From Syncephalis fuscata S228 (lineage: Eukaryota; Fungi; Zoopagomycota), in contig JAHLTZ010000005.1 in NCBI GenBank assembly GCA_025786725.1, forward strand, positions 186,001-250,000: DNA of 64,000 nucleotides, read 5' to 3'. A program made the translations under genes and the position numbers. Shown in pieces: positions 1 through 13,993 of this stretch. The stretch's first letter is position 1; each line of letters opens with the position of its first letter. The notes beneath the pieces were generated by a model. That model made no database searches. It saw nothing but the letters and a program-made list of their open reading frames with translations, and was not told where the DNA came from.

Positions 1-81
1 ATGGTCCGATTGAGCACCAAATGCTATCAAAGCAATGATGCATGCCACCATGAAGATGCGGGCCAATAATGGTTGAAGCAT
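1..81 (-). CDS. 5' end of a probable secreted protein (truncated by the window edge)
   Basis: ATG at 81 gives MLQPLLARIFMVACIIALIAFGAQSDH, a signal-peptide-like sequence that stays open to the window edge. Confidence 0.55.
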   Translation of the reverse strand, partial: MLQPLLARIFMVACIIALIAFGAQSDH

Positions 82-1204
82 TCTTAACGTGATATCCTTT
101 GAAGTTATGCAATAAAAGTAACGCGTTAGCGCTGCTAAACAACTTGCCACTAATAAAAATGCTATGCGATGCTGCTATAAAGAGAAGAATGAAACTGGAT
201 GGAATCAAAATAAACTGATGCTACGCCTTTGAAATTTAAAGGGAAACCATTAACAATAACTAACAACAAGGCCTGCCCCCGCAAGGCCTTGTCAATGGTC
301 AAGAGGCATTGTCGCTACCTGTTTTGAGATGTATTGTGCGTATCGCATGATGTTGTTAAAACAAATTAATACTTTATACTAGCTTGCATAGCAATGAGCT
401 GCAATAGCATGCAGCTTGCCATGTGGAATAGAAACATTTGCTAAAAATTTGGATAAACTAATACTAATACCAATACTAATAATACTAATAATAACAATAT
501 GCTAGTACGCAGCATTATTTATTCAGCATAGCTTACTCACATCTACAGCGCTGTTTCAGATTTACTGTAGCACTGATAAGCAGACTTTGCTAAGGACTAA
601 AATAGCCAAATATTCTGGGTATTTTTACGGAATTCTCTAACACCCATGTGACTTCTTTGTATACACAACTGTTATTGATTGTAGCGCGATAATCATACGC
701 TGTATGTTTGTTATTTATTGTTTGTAGGCCTGGCCCCCTAAGCTAATGAACATATAGCTATACAGCTATACCATATCCTCGTTGGTTTATAATGCCAACC
801 CATAGACAATAAATGGCAAATATACAGCCTATCATTGCAATGCTACAGCTAATAACTTGTGCGGTATATTATCAAGTCATACGACCACTAAAAATAGCTG
901 CGTTGAAATGGAGCAGCTGACTTATACTAAACACAAGTATTGGTAAACCATCGATGGACAACGATTGTATCAGACAATCAATAGATATCAATTATCATTA
1001 TCGTTTCAGGCCTATACAAGTATGACAGATGTGTCATATAAGTTGTTGAAGTCGTTTATTCGTTTGTAGTTTGGCCTATTATGTTACGGATTGCATGATA
1101 ATAAATGAACTTTACAACTTGTAATTATATTCATCTATTTGTCTATTATTTTAATTTTAAATGTTTGTGAACCCTGAAATCTGTTAGCTTGATTTGTTTT
1201 TACA

Positions 1205-1400
1205 ACAATTTATTAAAATTAATATGATCTGATGGTTAAATGATCAGATCTAATAATATTCACGCATTTGAACTACACATTCTTCTTATCAAACATGAAA
1301 CTAGGTGGCGAATGATATTAGTAATCAAAATACTATTATCATAGCTTTATTGTCTTGTATGTATATATACTCTATTCGTATATATATCATTTTATAATAT
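1205..1400. mobile_element. Degenerate left end of a dispersed MITE-like family
   Basis: Similar by eye to 18340-18480 and 43260-43430 (ggtYaaatga...aacatg...ggtgRNgaatgaYat...atcatag). Confidence 0.5.
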
Positions 1401-2310
1401 ACTAGGCATATTCTATATTATTTACGAATAGCGACAACATATTGACAATCCTTGCACTATTTATATATCACCTTTACTAATATAATATTACTTTACTGTT
1501 TAGTTCAATCAGTGCTGGTGTAAATAAAAAGTTGGATCATTGCCTTGATATATGAATAGGATAAGCGGCAGTTGTCAAATGGTCTTGCTCTTTACTGGAT
1601 ATATACCTAAATGTATTGAAATAGCAGCCCAATCACACTACTAATGTTAATTTCTTAAAAGTTCCAGTTAGTCTATATCTATAATTTTATACAACATACA
1701 TCATATAATCAGTATATGAATCAGCCATATGCAATATGACTTGTCTTCTATTAGTATTCATATTTACACTAAACATAAACAATGAATAGCGTATAATTAG
1801 TGTCTAATTAATTAATATACAATACCACTTGCCATCTATTAATACAGGCTATAGAACACGCACAATATATGGTACGTTCTAATATGTAATCAGCTGATAT
1901 ACATTGTCACCTACGAACTATTGATAATAATAAAGATTGAAATCAATTGTAACAGTAATAGTCAACTTGCTAATTAGACAACATAGATGACTAACAACAA
2001 TATACATATTAATTATATTTAATCCATTTAAAAGTATAAACACATTAACAAGTAATATTACACTGGAACAACACTATTAATTACAGTAATTTATGATCTG
2101 TGTATAGATTATATTATAATTTGATATATTGGCCAATAACCAGTGAAGCAAGCAAACAAACAGACAGACAAACAAACAGACAAACATATCTACAGAATAG
2201 AGACCGCTACCGAGGTCTATATGCAGCATCAAAACAAAACAAGACAAAAATGCGAAAAAGAAACAAAAGATCTAGTCGAATACCGTCAATCGTCATACCA
2301 CTATCATTCT

Positions 2311-4617
2311 CTAAACTCGACCGGGTGTTCCTCGCGCTTTACTCAATGCTGTGACAACATTCACCATACCTGATGCAGAGCGCTGTTGTTTCTGGTCGTA
2401 ATCATGGCCACGAAGGCTGCCACGACCACTGGCTGCGCTATTACTGCGGGCCGGTGATTTCAAAGGAAATTCATAGTCGCGTAGACCACCAGAGCCATTG
2501 GTTGATGATCGACTCGGTGTTCTAGCTGCATGGCCACCATGACCTGTCTCGTTAAACGCTTGCCAGCTACGCTGACTACTAACTGAATTGCTGCGAATAG
2601 TGCTAGCATCACTGGCACTTCCTGATGGTACTGTTGTTGCTCGAAGGGATACTGTGCCAAAGTCGCCACTTTGATCTGGGTCCGATCCTTCATCGTCAAA
2701 GCCATTGGGTCCATCAAGGCTAAATCCACGTAGTAAAGAGCCGGAAGCAGGCTGATCCGATTCAGCTGGTTCATTCTGTTGCAATGAGAATGAACCAAGG
2801 CTACGGCCAACGGAGTTTGACGAACGTTTACGCTGCATTTTGGCATCTTGTCTTTGCTGTTTAGCTGATGGAGTGGTCCATTGTGGATTAGAGGCTGGAT
2901 AAGCTGCACCATTACTGGCACTTGATCCGGGACGGGCATGATTACGTAGACTGGTTGATCCACTAGATCTGGAACTGGCCGCCGATGTTGGTCGATTATA
3001 GTTGGGCTCAAAAGGTGAAGAAGGTACGCGGCGATGTTGTTGCTGCTGCTGCTGCTGTTGATAATAACCGGTGTTTGAATCGGATGACATGGTCGATGAA
3101 GCAGATGGACGACGTGCATGTCGATTAGGACGGACTGAGCTATGGCTGCTACCGTTGCGTTTAATTACATTGGCCGGACTTGGTGCTGATGCCCACATTG
3201 GTGAAGACTCGGCATCTTCCGAACGTATAGATGGCGATGCTAGTGCGCCACGATACGATCCAGTAGAAGAAATTGAGCCGGCAAAAGGACTTTGAGCATT
3301 ACGACGACGGGCCGACATTGAACCAGCCGATGCATTGCTGATTGAGCTTTCAGGGCGAATATGCGGTGGACGGGCTGAATTTGGACGACCATTCGTTGCT
3401 TGCACACGACGAGGTGTGGCACTATTACTACGGGGACGATTGCCACTTTGGTTACTCACGGCTGACCATGCTCGTTCATTAACATAGCCATTCAGTTTGG
3501 GTGTTGATGGCATTGATCCTTTACCGTTACTGATTGAACTACCAGGTCGGCGTCGTAAATCAGTTGATGCTGATCGTAATCCAATATTATCTATATTATT
3601 ATTATTAGCATTAACATTAACATTATTAATTAAAATAATTATTAATTATTAATTACCATCATCGTCGTCGTCATCATCATCAAATCCATTCAAATAATCT
3701 GATGCACTTTTAGAACGTGATTCTTTACGCTGTAAATCCACAAGGCCTGCATCATCATTAATCCAGAATGAACCATCGTTTTCAACCTCTTCTTCTTCAC
3801 CATTGGCATATTGACCATAGATAGAGTTAGTAATACTTAACGTGTCAGCCAGTGGATTATCATTTGATATACGTGGCCAGGCAGCACCATCCGTTTTAAT
3901 ACTTGTATCAATAGTTAATATATTATCGGTCGATGCCTTTTTACTTTTAATCGATTCGGTACTTGATGCTGGCTTGTCTTTCTTGGCAGCAGTGGCGGGA
4001 CTTGCCGTAGCAGATGAGGCAGCTTCTTTACTATCGCTCATAAACGGTAGGCCTTCAAGTACACGACTGACTTCAGCGTCAGCTGCTTCAATATCACTGG
4101 CTATTGAACTCTCATTGTCTTCGCGCAGTATGCTTAGCTCTTCGGGTGTGCCGTAGCCTGGACGCTGTATAAAGCTAGTATCGCCATTGGCGTCCATGTA
4201 GACCGTCTGGTTGGCCAGTATACTTGCATCCATATCGTCCAGACGGTATTTATTGGTCGGCGAGGTGGATTTTGGAGCAAATAGCTCGTCCTTTACAAGG
4301 TTGCCATCGTCGATGCTGGCACTATCACCGCCCGAATCGAATAGCTGTCGCATAAGTAGCTGTTGCGTCTCGGGCGGTACGGCGCGTACCAGCAGCGCCA
4401 CCACATGATGGGCATGCTCTAGCTGAGCTCGTAGCGAACGCACCTCGTCCGTCGCATCAAGTGCTTGTTGTCGCCACGAATCGCGCTATACACACAAAAG
4501 GAAAGCGTTAATTGGACCAGCCACGGCCAATAGACACGTTTATTTACTGACTTCTTTAGTTAGTTTTGTTATTTGTTCCGGATCTACTTTGGGTTTCGAT
4601 CGTTTTCCACCAAACAT
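2311..4617 (-). CDS. Hypothetical protein: short N-terminal coiled coil, then a long Ser/Arg-rich disordered region
   Basis: ATG 4617 (MFGGKRSKPK); GT-AG introns 4551-4486 and 3656-3591 join ORFs 3649..4443 and 2311..3513 in frame. Confidence 0.75.
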
Positions 4618-5381
4618 ATTCAACTAGAAAAGATTAATAAACAGGAAAGAAGCGGCATGCCAACAGGTCGTAACCGTAACACGTCGGACTCACCATGGTG
4701 AACAAAGGTTTATTGGTCGCTAAACAGCGACAACGTAATTACAACTGAGAAATGAATAACAGATGAAGAAAAAACGCAGAGTGCGGAAAGGTAGTGTTTA
4801 TGTGTCAAATAAATCTATACGGCCATCATTTAACAAAAGCGAATTACCCATTAATCCACACATCTCCACTATTTTAACACTTAATTAATAACCGGTTTGG
4901 TTTGTTTACATTACCTTCTATTCAAATACCATAAACAAAGGAGCATGTTTTGTTAAATGGCAACATTATATGGATATATAAAGACTTGGCAGAAATATCC
5001 ATTATACATATTATTGGCAGACATTGTTTATTATGGTTATCAATTTGAGAGACCATTGAATATACATGTGGACCACTAGTCGGTATTCAAAACAAGTTTA
5101 TTTATTTGACATTAAGCACTTTATTGAATATCCGCAACAATGTGACTTTACTTGACATGTGTAAGTGTATAGCATGTGTATATGTAACATGTGTGTATTA
5201 TAAGTTATCACATTGATTTTATGGATTAATCTATTGCACTAATAGAATACAGTATAAATTGTAATAACAAGTAAATAACAAGTAAATATAATAGATTCTA
5301 CTAGACCTGCATCTATATCGATGTCGTGTTACAATTCGATTGCGAATAAAGGTAATACGATAATGGCTTGCCTTTCGTGGC

Positions 5382-5389
5382 TGACGTCA
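5382..5389. promoter_or_regulatory. CRE/ATF-type palindrome TGACGTCA upstream of prephenate dehydratase
   Basis: Perfect bZIP-type palindrome ~43 bp upstream of ATG 5432. Confidence 0.35.
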
Positions 5390-5431
5390 TTCTTTTTGTT
5401 AACAAATTAACTAATTAACTGATTAACTACA

Positions 5432-6822
5432 ATGTCGACTACAGTTCGTATTGGCTTTACGGTAAGCGCTATTGTTTATCGTGCTATTGTCTTCGACTAT
5501 CTATTTATCTAATACATCGATTGATTCAGGGTGTTGCCGGTTCTTATTCAGAAGCAGCGGTACGTGCTCTTTACGCTGGTCATCCCGACTTTAAAGGTAA
5601 AGAGTTGGTAAGCGTATCATTTCCGACCGACGAACAGGTAGGATAGACCATTTAACAGCGTAAACGCAATAGCATCATTTAACAATACATTATGAACACG
5701 TTTATTAAATTAATGCTAATATTAATAGCTTTTAGCAGCTGTGAGTTTGAGTGAAGTCGACCAAGCAATTACACCTATTGAAAACTCACATTCGGGTACT
5801 TTACACGAAGTACTTACGCTATTGCTTGATGCACGCTGTAAACCAGCTTTGGCTATTGCCGCCGAGTTTACCTATCATGAGCCGCATCAATTGCTTGGTT
5901 TGCCGGGCGCCACAACGTCAAATGCACGTCAAGTAATTAGCCACGAGCATGTTCTTCGTCAATGCGATGTTTTCCTTGATGCCGTACTGCCCACCTGGCA
6001 AGCCAATAGAAACGTTGGTTGTCAACGCGTTATGGCCTCCAGTACTGGTGCCGCGGCCGAATGGGTATACGCATCACAGGATCCAACACTGTAAGTGCTA
6101 ATCTAATAATAATAATAGTCGCTATTAACAACTACCTTATCGCTGCTTTCTTATTCTATTATCATTTAGTATTTGTGTTGCTGGTCATACGGCAGCTGAT
6201 ATCTATGGTCTTGTACCGGTTAAAGTTGATACAAACGAGGAACGAAGCACCCAGATGCGCATCGAAACACATTCCGAGTCAGCTTTTACGCGTTTTTGGC
6301 TTATTGGCCGTGAAGATAATGTTAAACCTGTTGAACGCCACCAAGAACCAAAGACAAGTATTGGTATGCGTACACAGAATCGTCCTGGCGTACTACATCG
6401 TGCTCTAGGATGTTTTGCCACTCGTAATATCAAGTAAGTGTTTTATTAAATAATTATTAAATAATGTGATTAATTACTGATGGGTCATTTAGTGTTTACA
6501 AGATTGAATCACGCCCACAAACACGCTCTATTCAACAGGCTTTTACCACTTGGAGCTACGATATGTACATTGACTTTGAAGGTGCCCCTTCTGTTGATGC
6601 GTCTGTGGGACGTGCTCTTGATAATCTACGCGAGTTTGCCACCGAGGTTACTGTACTCGGCTCTTATCCAAGGTTAGTACTTGAAGAACAGTTTTGGTAA
6701 TGACGCTCTTTGTCGTCATGCTCTTCATGTTGCAAGATTGGCCTTGCTGACCAGTATCGTTTCTACTACCGCCTAGATATATTTTGACTAATCCAGTTGG
6801 ACTTGCTCCGGTTGGATTGTAA
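5432..6822 (+). CDS. PHA2: Prephenate dehydratase (PDT + ACT domain), about 6 exons
   Basis: Motifs GVAGSYSEAA, PIENS, SHEHVLRQC, TRF; ACT domain KTSI..NRPGVLHRAL..FA.RNIN..KIESRP..VLGSYP; introns join in frame. Confidence 0.92.
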
Positions 6823-7089
6823 TAAAGTAGTCCGACGACAAATACTAATTGGAATGGAATACGCAATTAAAGCAATTTCAAACATTTAGTTAATTATGTA
6901 TATATTTGCTATTAATGTACAATGGCTGTATGAACATTAATTCTTACACATTTAATATGTAATGATTGAATGGACATTGATTACTATTACACTCAACATT
7001 AATGTCTATTAATAATTGTTCTATTAGTTGATTCAAATAATAATTAAATTGACATTGATCTCCTTTATTCACACTATGTCACGAGTTAA

Positions 7090-8288
7090 TTACTGGGTAA
7101 ATCCTTTTGGTGATCCACCAATTGGATTGCCTTCTGGTGTCACGTAAGCAGCATGTAAACCGCCATCGACCATAAAGTCGGTACCGGTAACGTAGGATGA
7201 ATCGTCTGAAGCAAGGAAAAGAGCAGCCTTGGCCTGTTCAATAGCCTCACCTATACAATAATAGCATTATTAATAACTCACACTATAAATGATCGTTAAT
7301 AACACTTACCAAAACGACCCATAGGCAAATGAACCATGCGGCGTTGGCGTTTCTCTTCAGTATTCAAGAAATCCATAAGCAATGGCGTGTACAATGGACC
7401 AGGGCATAGGGCATTGACACGAATATTCTCGCGAGCATGAACCATAGCAAGTTCACGGCTATGATACAACACGATTAATTAGCTATTTATGCATATACAT
7501 ATGTATGTATGTATGTACAACGCTTACCTCATTGCCAATACAGCACCTTGGATGCGGTATCTAGTCAGTATATTGTCGTTAGATGAATAGTGTATGACTA
7601 TATATTGGATATTGGATATTTACAAGCCAATTGCGGAGTAGCAGCACCCATAACGGCGACAAAGCTGGCTGTGTTAATAATTGAACCGCCGCCTGACTTG
7701 CGCATAGCTTCAATGGCATATTTACAGCCCCACCAAACACCTTTTACGTTAATCGTCATGGTCAAATCCCTATGGTTTCATTGTTGTAAGCTATATGTTA
7801 ATACATACGCACTTTACTAAGCAACACCAACACTATTTACCAAATAGATTCATCGGTGTTAAGTGCATTATCATCCTTGGGGTGCATAATACCGGCATTA
7901 TTGAACATAACATCAAGCTTGCCTATTACAAAGCATAAGCTATTGTCTATTCATTTAATTGACATAGACCGACTAACCAAACTTTTCAACAGCCGTGTTG
8001 ACAAGTGCTTTAATGTCGGCCTCTTTGCCTACATCGGCCAATACAGCGATGGCATGGTCGGCCGAACCTACTTCTTGTGCAATACGAGCAACTGTCTTCT
8101 GAGCTGCCTCGAGATTGATATCGGCACAGACTACACGGGCTCCCTCGGTGGCAAACAATACCGACGATTGGAAACCAATGCCGCTATATTGGTATTACAT
8201 AGATTAATAAATGTTAAGCTAATTATTCAAACCCCTACCTGCCGGCACCGGTAACAATAGCAACTTTGTTCTGAAGACGACCAGGCAT
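7090..8288 (-). CDS. Classical short-chain dehydrogenase/reductase (apparent 1-bp deletion near 7546)
   Basis: MPGRLQNKVAIVTGAG, NNAG, YTASK, IRVNALCPGP, SSYVTG..F.VDGG across exons. Confidence 0.9.
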
Positions 8289-8465
8289 AGTGTTGTTGTT
8301 GTTGTTATTGACGACGCAATAAAGAGAATACAACTTTAACAAAGAGTAGTTGGCTAGTAGTTAAAAAGAGACAAAAGTAAAAAGTAAAAAGTAGACCCCA
8401 GTTTTTATTATTAAAAATGCCACGTCAGCACTCATTTGATGCCCGCCATAATAATCATCGGCCAT

Positions 8466-11400
8466 TTACTGGCCAAGCCGTCGTGTCACCATAAGCCGCG
8501 TCACCAGTGCAGCGAGCATAGACAAGTCATACTGTATATATTTACCCCAACTAGCATCTCGCTTCCTATAGATGATATTTAATATAGTGTCAGGTCAGTT
8601 AATGCCAACCTACCACTGTGCTGCTGGGAAACATGGACTTGATAATTTATGAAAAATACCTGCCACTGCTCGACCTTAATTACTATAGTAAGTATCGTCA
8701 TTAATAGTCTAGTAAGTAACCTACCAGATACAATAGATGGATGTCGTTCGATAAAAGCATTAATATCTGTACCAACACTAGTAACATAGAATAAAATAAG
8801 CTAAAGTAGTAAATAATAATAACAATGATAATAAACATACATTTCTTGTAATGCTTCCATAGAAATATCATTTGACAATTTGATATTTTCAAGTGATTTG
8901 TTAAAGGCTTCTTGCATTAATGTACATATCTTCTCATGCTGTTGTTGATTTAGTACGTAAATTGAACTAGACTTTTCATCTTTGACAGAAGTGACATTTT
9001 CAATAACTGTATTAAATAATTGATATAACTATATAATCATTAATGGCACCATTATTATATCTATTAGATGACACTTACTTGTTCTATTTTAAGCACACGA
9101 TATCGTTCTATCCGATTTAATGTCTCGATTAAATATGATTGTAATACAGAAAGTGCTCTATCCTTTGCTTCATCTTCACTTTCATCAGCCAATCTTGATT
9201 CCGTCAATGGAGAATCCACTTGAACTAATAAAGACTCATCATAGAATTCAATACGTAATTCACGCTGTCGTTTCAATTGATGTAATTCTTGCAACAATGC
9301 CATTGGACTCTGGTTAAGTAATGCTGCTGCCTATATAATGATATTAATTCTATAATTGACTATTCAATAGCAAACAATGACCTTGGGAATAGAGAATCTA
9401 CAAGATTTGCCTTGTTGTCGACCACACCGAAGCAGTGCATCAATAACACTATATTTATTGGCAAGTTCACTGGCCGATAATCGAGTAAAGTATATTTTAC
9501 CCGTTGTAAATATGGCTATCAACATAGTTAGTCATTCCAATTCTATACACATCCATATATCACTTACGAGCAATAATATGAATTAAACGCGTTGAATGTA
9601 GCGATAACAAGTACAGAATGAGTTGTAAAGTATATCGACTCATATTTAAATCAGTCTCTAGTGTCTCCCATGACAGTAACAGTAATTGTTTGCCATTAAC
9701 TGTACATGTCTGTATCTGATGATCAGTATGATTATTAAAAAATAAATAGGAGAATAAATGACGAAGTGACCATGCCTCTGCTCCATCACGGTAAGCATAG
9801 CTTTTACGGCGTTGAAACGTATCATCATCAAGACAGATGTGAATAAAAGATGGACGGCCATCCTTGCCTACACTGTGTCTATTCTATACAGATATAAGAT
9901 ATTAGACTACGATTAAATAGTATACTTACGTGTATATACTGTTCCACACTAGTAGTATATGGTAGTAGAATATGCCACGTAATCGAGTCGTTGGAATGGA
10001 TGATTGCATAGTAAATGTAGTCACTAATACTCTAAATTGACCACTTATCCATTGTTCTTCAACTCTCTTTAATTCATCCGATGCCATTCCTCTATAACTG
10101 CCACCGACAGTAATAGAGAAACGACGTAGATGGAATAGTAGTCGTTCAACGTCATTCTATTTATAGGTTACAATAATAATTAAATGGCCATTAATCACTT
10201 ACTCTATCTAATACATAGACAACAATACCATCCATATATTGAACATCTGGACGTTGTAGAAACTTGACTAAAGCATCATCTCTAAATGCGCAATTAATAA
10301 AATAGCCTTTATTTAGCTATACTTACTTGTTGATCGGTTTAGATGCAGTCAATTGCAAATTACGCTTTATTCTTAATAAAGATGCAGTGATGGTGATTGT
10401 TGAATCAGTCGGTATACCAAGTATAGAATACAAACTATTTAACGTATCAGTTGTTACAGTATTGACAATAGCCATTATACCACTAGATATCGGTATAGTT
10501 TGTAGCATCTGCTCTAAGCGAACACATGCCCATCTATTCTATGTCATTAATATATCTATTACTATTCATCCAATTACCTGAATTGATCAGAATACGGTGA
10601 AAGTGACTGAGCCTCTAGTAGGCATATAGATCGAATAGGAGGCATATGGGTATCATTCAGTATATTCATAAATGAACTACTAGTAAATTGCTCTGCTGTA
10701 ATATATAGTACATTAATCTCTCCTTTAAGTATACGATTAATAATTGAAATGTACGCATCCTATTTATTTATTTGTTTGTTAATTAATAACAACATTAAAT
10801 ATAAATACTGCTAACTACTTACCATTGATAGAAATCCATGTAAACAGCCACCATTTAATCCTAATGGTAAATGGTCCAAATGGCTACAATGAACATTATC
10901 TATTGGTACAACTACTATAGATATCGATTTCCCTGGTAGAGCAGAGTAAATACTATATACCAATTGATAATCAATAGTGGCTATGTTATAAATAATTAGT
11001 TAATTAGTTAATTAATCTTCAGTATAGTTAATAATTAATTACAATATTTACCATCATCATCATCATCAAGTAAAATAGTATTTTTTCCATTAAATACATT
11101 TTGTATTTTTACTATTTGATCTAATCCACTTATTAATATTTGTAAATTAATACAATGATTTAACATACCGGGAGATAAACAAATAGTTTTATGAGGCCAC
11201 AATGTTTTGGCAACCTTGTCAAGATCAATATAATAAACAACTTGTTCCATAGTTATTTCAACAATACTATTATGTGTTAATTAATACCTATTATAACTCT
11301 AATAACTTACAATAAATTATCCTGTGGTAATGGTGAATCGATACAACATAATTGGAGCCATTCTTTTTGTTGAATTGTATGTTTTACTGTTGTCACTTCT

Positions 11401-11664
11401 ATTTGATCTGATAATACAACCGTTGAATAATCGTGTGTGTTTGATGTATGATATGCATCAATGATATCGTTATTAGCTATAGATGATGCTGATTGACTAT
11501 TAGATATTCCTTTACGTCTATAAAATTAACTTTAATATAATTGTGGTATATTGGTATCATTATCATTGACATTTACCTTAATGTTGCACTCGAGCGTTTT
11601 TGTCCACGCTGTCTTAATTGAAGACGAACAAAGTTTTCACTTACAGTTTTAACTAAATGAATAT

Positions 11665-11702
<38 letters not shown>

Positions 11703-12266
11703 TTGTATTTACTTTTAGGTGTTGAATTATCTGTTATGGATCGTGTTTTTTTTAATGTTGATTCATTTAAAGCATCTGTTGATATTTCACGTTTATTATT
11801 GGATTGAGATGTTTTTTTTGTAGATCTACTTGGATTAGAAGTTTTTAATGGTGTCACTATATAACATGTAAATACATTGTATTAAATATTACACATTGAT
11901 ATACTTACATTTATGTCGTCGATGTTGTCGTTTTTGAGTTGGTCGTCTTTTCCACTCTGTTGTCTATAACATTTTATTAATTGTATATCATTAACATAAT
12001 ATTACTATCTTATTTACACTAGTATTTGTATTTGTTTCATTGTCTGAATCGGCACCTATACGTTTTTTGCTACCACTATCGTTGTTGTCGTTGTCGTTGT
12101 CGTCTTCAATATCGCTAAACATTGCGTCTAACGCATCAAGTGATAGATTCGTTGTGCCATTAGACGGTTTTGTATAACTAGAACGGGTCGAGGCAAGAAG
12201 TAGCGGCGTATTAACCTCGGGCAACTCTCTACTTATTCGTATTAATAAACTATTCTTTACAGTCAT
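8466..12266 (-). CDS. RECQL4-like protein with degenerate helicase motifs (multi-exon)
   Basis: SENFVRLQL; YQL..SIVVVP..LPLGL..GCLHG; GEINVLYITAE..PPIRSICLLEAQSLSPYSDQFR; C-terminal GRAVAGIFHKLSSPCFPAAQW..WGKY, all collinear with RECQL4. Confidence 0.8.
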
Positions 12267-12379
12267 TAATTAAAAGCCTTACGCTGACATGTTCAAAAGT
12301 GTAAAAGATTCTCAATACTTTTTTATTCAGTCACCAGTTGCATCTTTTCTTTTTCACTTATACTTTTGATACAAACAAT

Positions 12380-13673
12380 ATGACTTCTACTCGACCAGGA
12401 AGAAATGCGCATCTGCGCCATATAACAGCTGATTCAGACCGTGTACGCGGTACGCTACAACAACCAGTCTATCGCTGGTAAGAATACTGCAATAGATACA
12501 CTTTTGCATAATAATACTATAATATAATATAATAATAATATGACGCGACGACCTGTAACATCTAGGGAAATGCAGTGGACCTACCCCGAATCAGATAAGC
12601 GCCAGCATTTACGTGTTCGTCGTTGGGTTAAGAGTAGGTTATTAATGTAACATTATAGTATAAATAGCTTATTCAATGGATGTTCCTATTAGCGGAACAG
12701 CTTGCCGATATTGAACCGGATCGAGAGGATACACCAGCGATGATGACGCCACGCGATGTAAGTTATTAATAATAGTAATATCAATAAAACTAATTAATAT
12801 TTAAACTAGTCAAATGTTAATACACCCATGAATATATCTTTATTGCCACCAGAAGGTGCCACACCTACATTTAGTGCACCTGCCACACCAATACCACCAA
12901 ATACTCATTCAATGGAGGTAGATAGTCCGGCACCTTCTGCTATAGCTGCAACAACAACAACAACAGTAGAGACGGTAGCAACTGCAGCAATGGTAGAGAT
13001 ACCTGAAATAGCAACAGAACCAAAACAGCCAATAGCTTCTGTAGTAGAAACAACAACAGAAGCAATGGAAGTAACATCTGTGATAACAGAAACCCCATCC
13101 ATTGTTCCAGTAGCAATAGAAACGGCGGATGTAACACTATCACTGCCTGTAGCTATAGAATCACCCAAAGTATCAACACCTGAAGTAATAGCACCGGCAG
13201 CAGTATCTGCTTCAACTATACCAGTTCCTATTCCAGATGCTTCTCCATTAGCTTCACCAGATCCAATTATGTCTACAACGGAAAAGGTTGACCATACATT
13301 TGATAATACTATCAGTCTACCACCCACCGATACTGCCATTATCGATCCTACTGCCAATATAATAGATGATGCTATTACTACAAGTATTGACAATCAAATT
13401 AACAGTTTTATGAATGCATCTGCCAATATTGCTGCCAATATAGAGCATAATACTAACACTATGGTCAATACTGATACTAGTGTTGATACATTAGTTGATT
13501 TCAATACTGAACAAGCTATACAATCAACAGCCACTTTATTATCGCCAACTGATGAATCTACAATGATTGTGGATTCGATGGAAACTGTTACTGAAGTAAC
13601 CGAGAAAACAATGTCATCTACAAATGCTCCACCATCGGATATATCTACATCGACAACAATGCCATCTATTTAG
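12380..13673 (+). CDS. BCL7-like protein (SWI/SNF-associated) with Thr/Pro/Glu-rich tail
   Basis: Spliced N-terminus YRWEMQWTYP...LRVRRWVK resembles BCL7 VRKWEKKWV...LRIYKWVP; 4 exons ending in ORF 12828..13673. Confidence 0.6.
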
Positions 13674-13993
13674 ATTAAGGAAATAATAAAACGAACGTTG
13701 TATTCATATATTTGATGGGCCATAGTATTACACGGTCATCTATTAGTAATTCAATTATTAGTAATTCAATTATTAGTAAATATTGTAAATGTCATTTATA
13801 CACAAGTGTTACTTTGAATAAACAAATAAAAACAACGATTAATTAAATATTTACATGATAAATATTCTACTCAGTTTGTATTATCGTATTTATTAATATT
13901 CTACCTATTACCAAGTACAGTGTTATAATTATCGTTCGTTGCTTTTGGTCAATATTATATTTATATATATATATATATATATAGTTAATAAGC

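Noticed and set aside
266-292. GC-rich hairpin acaaggcc-tgc...gcaaggccttgt as a Helitron end or terminator
   Set aside because: No CTRR terminus at the expected distance on either strand, and no second copy seen
12905-13393. Long antisense ORFs over real genes (also 44894, 48608, 48672, 52822, 62316)
   Set aside because: Shadows of low-complexity coding sequence on the opposite strand
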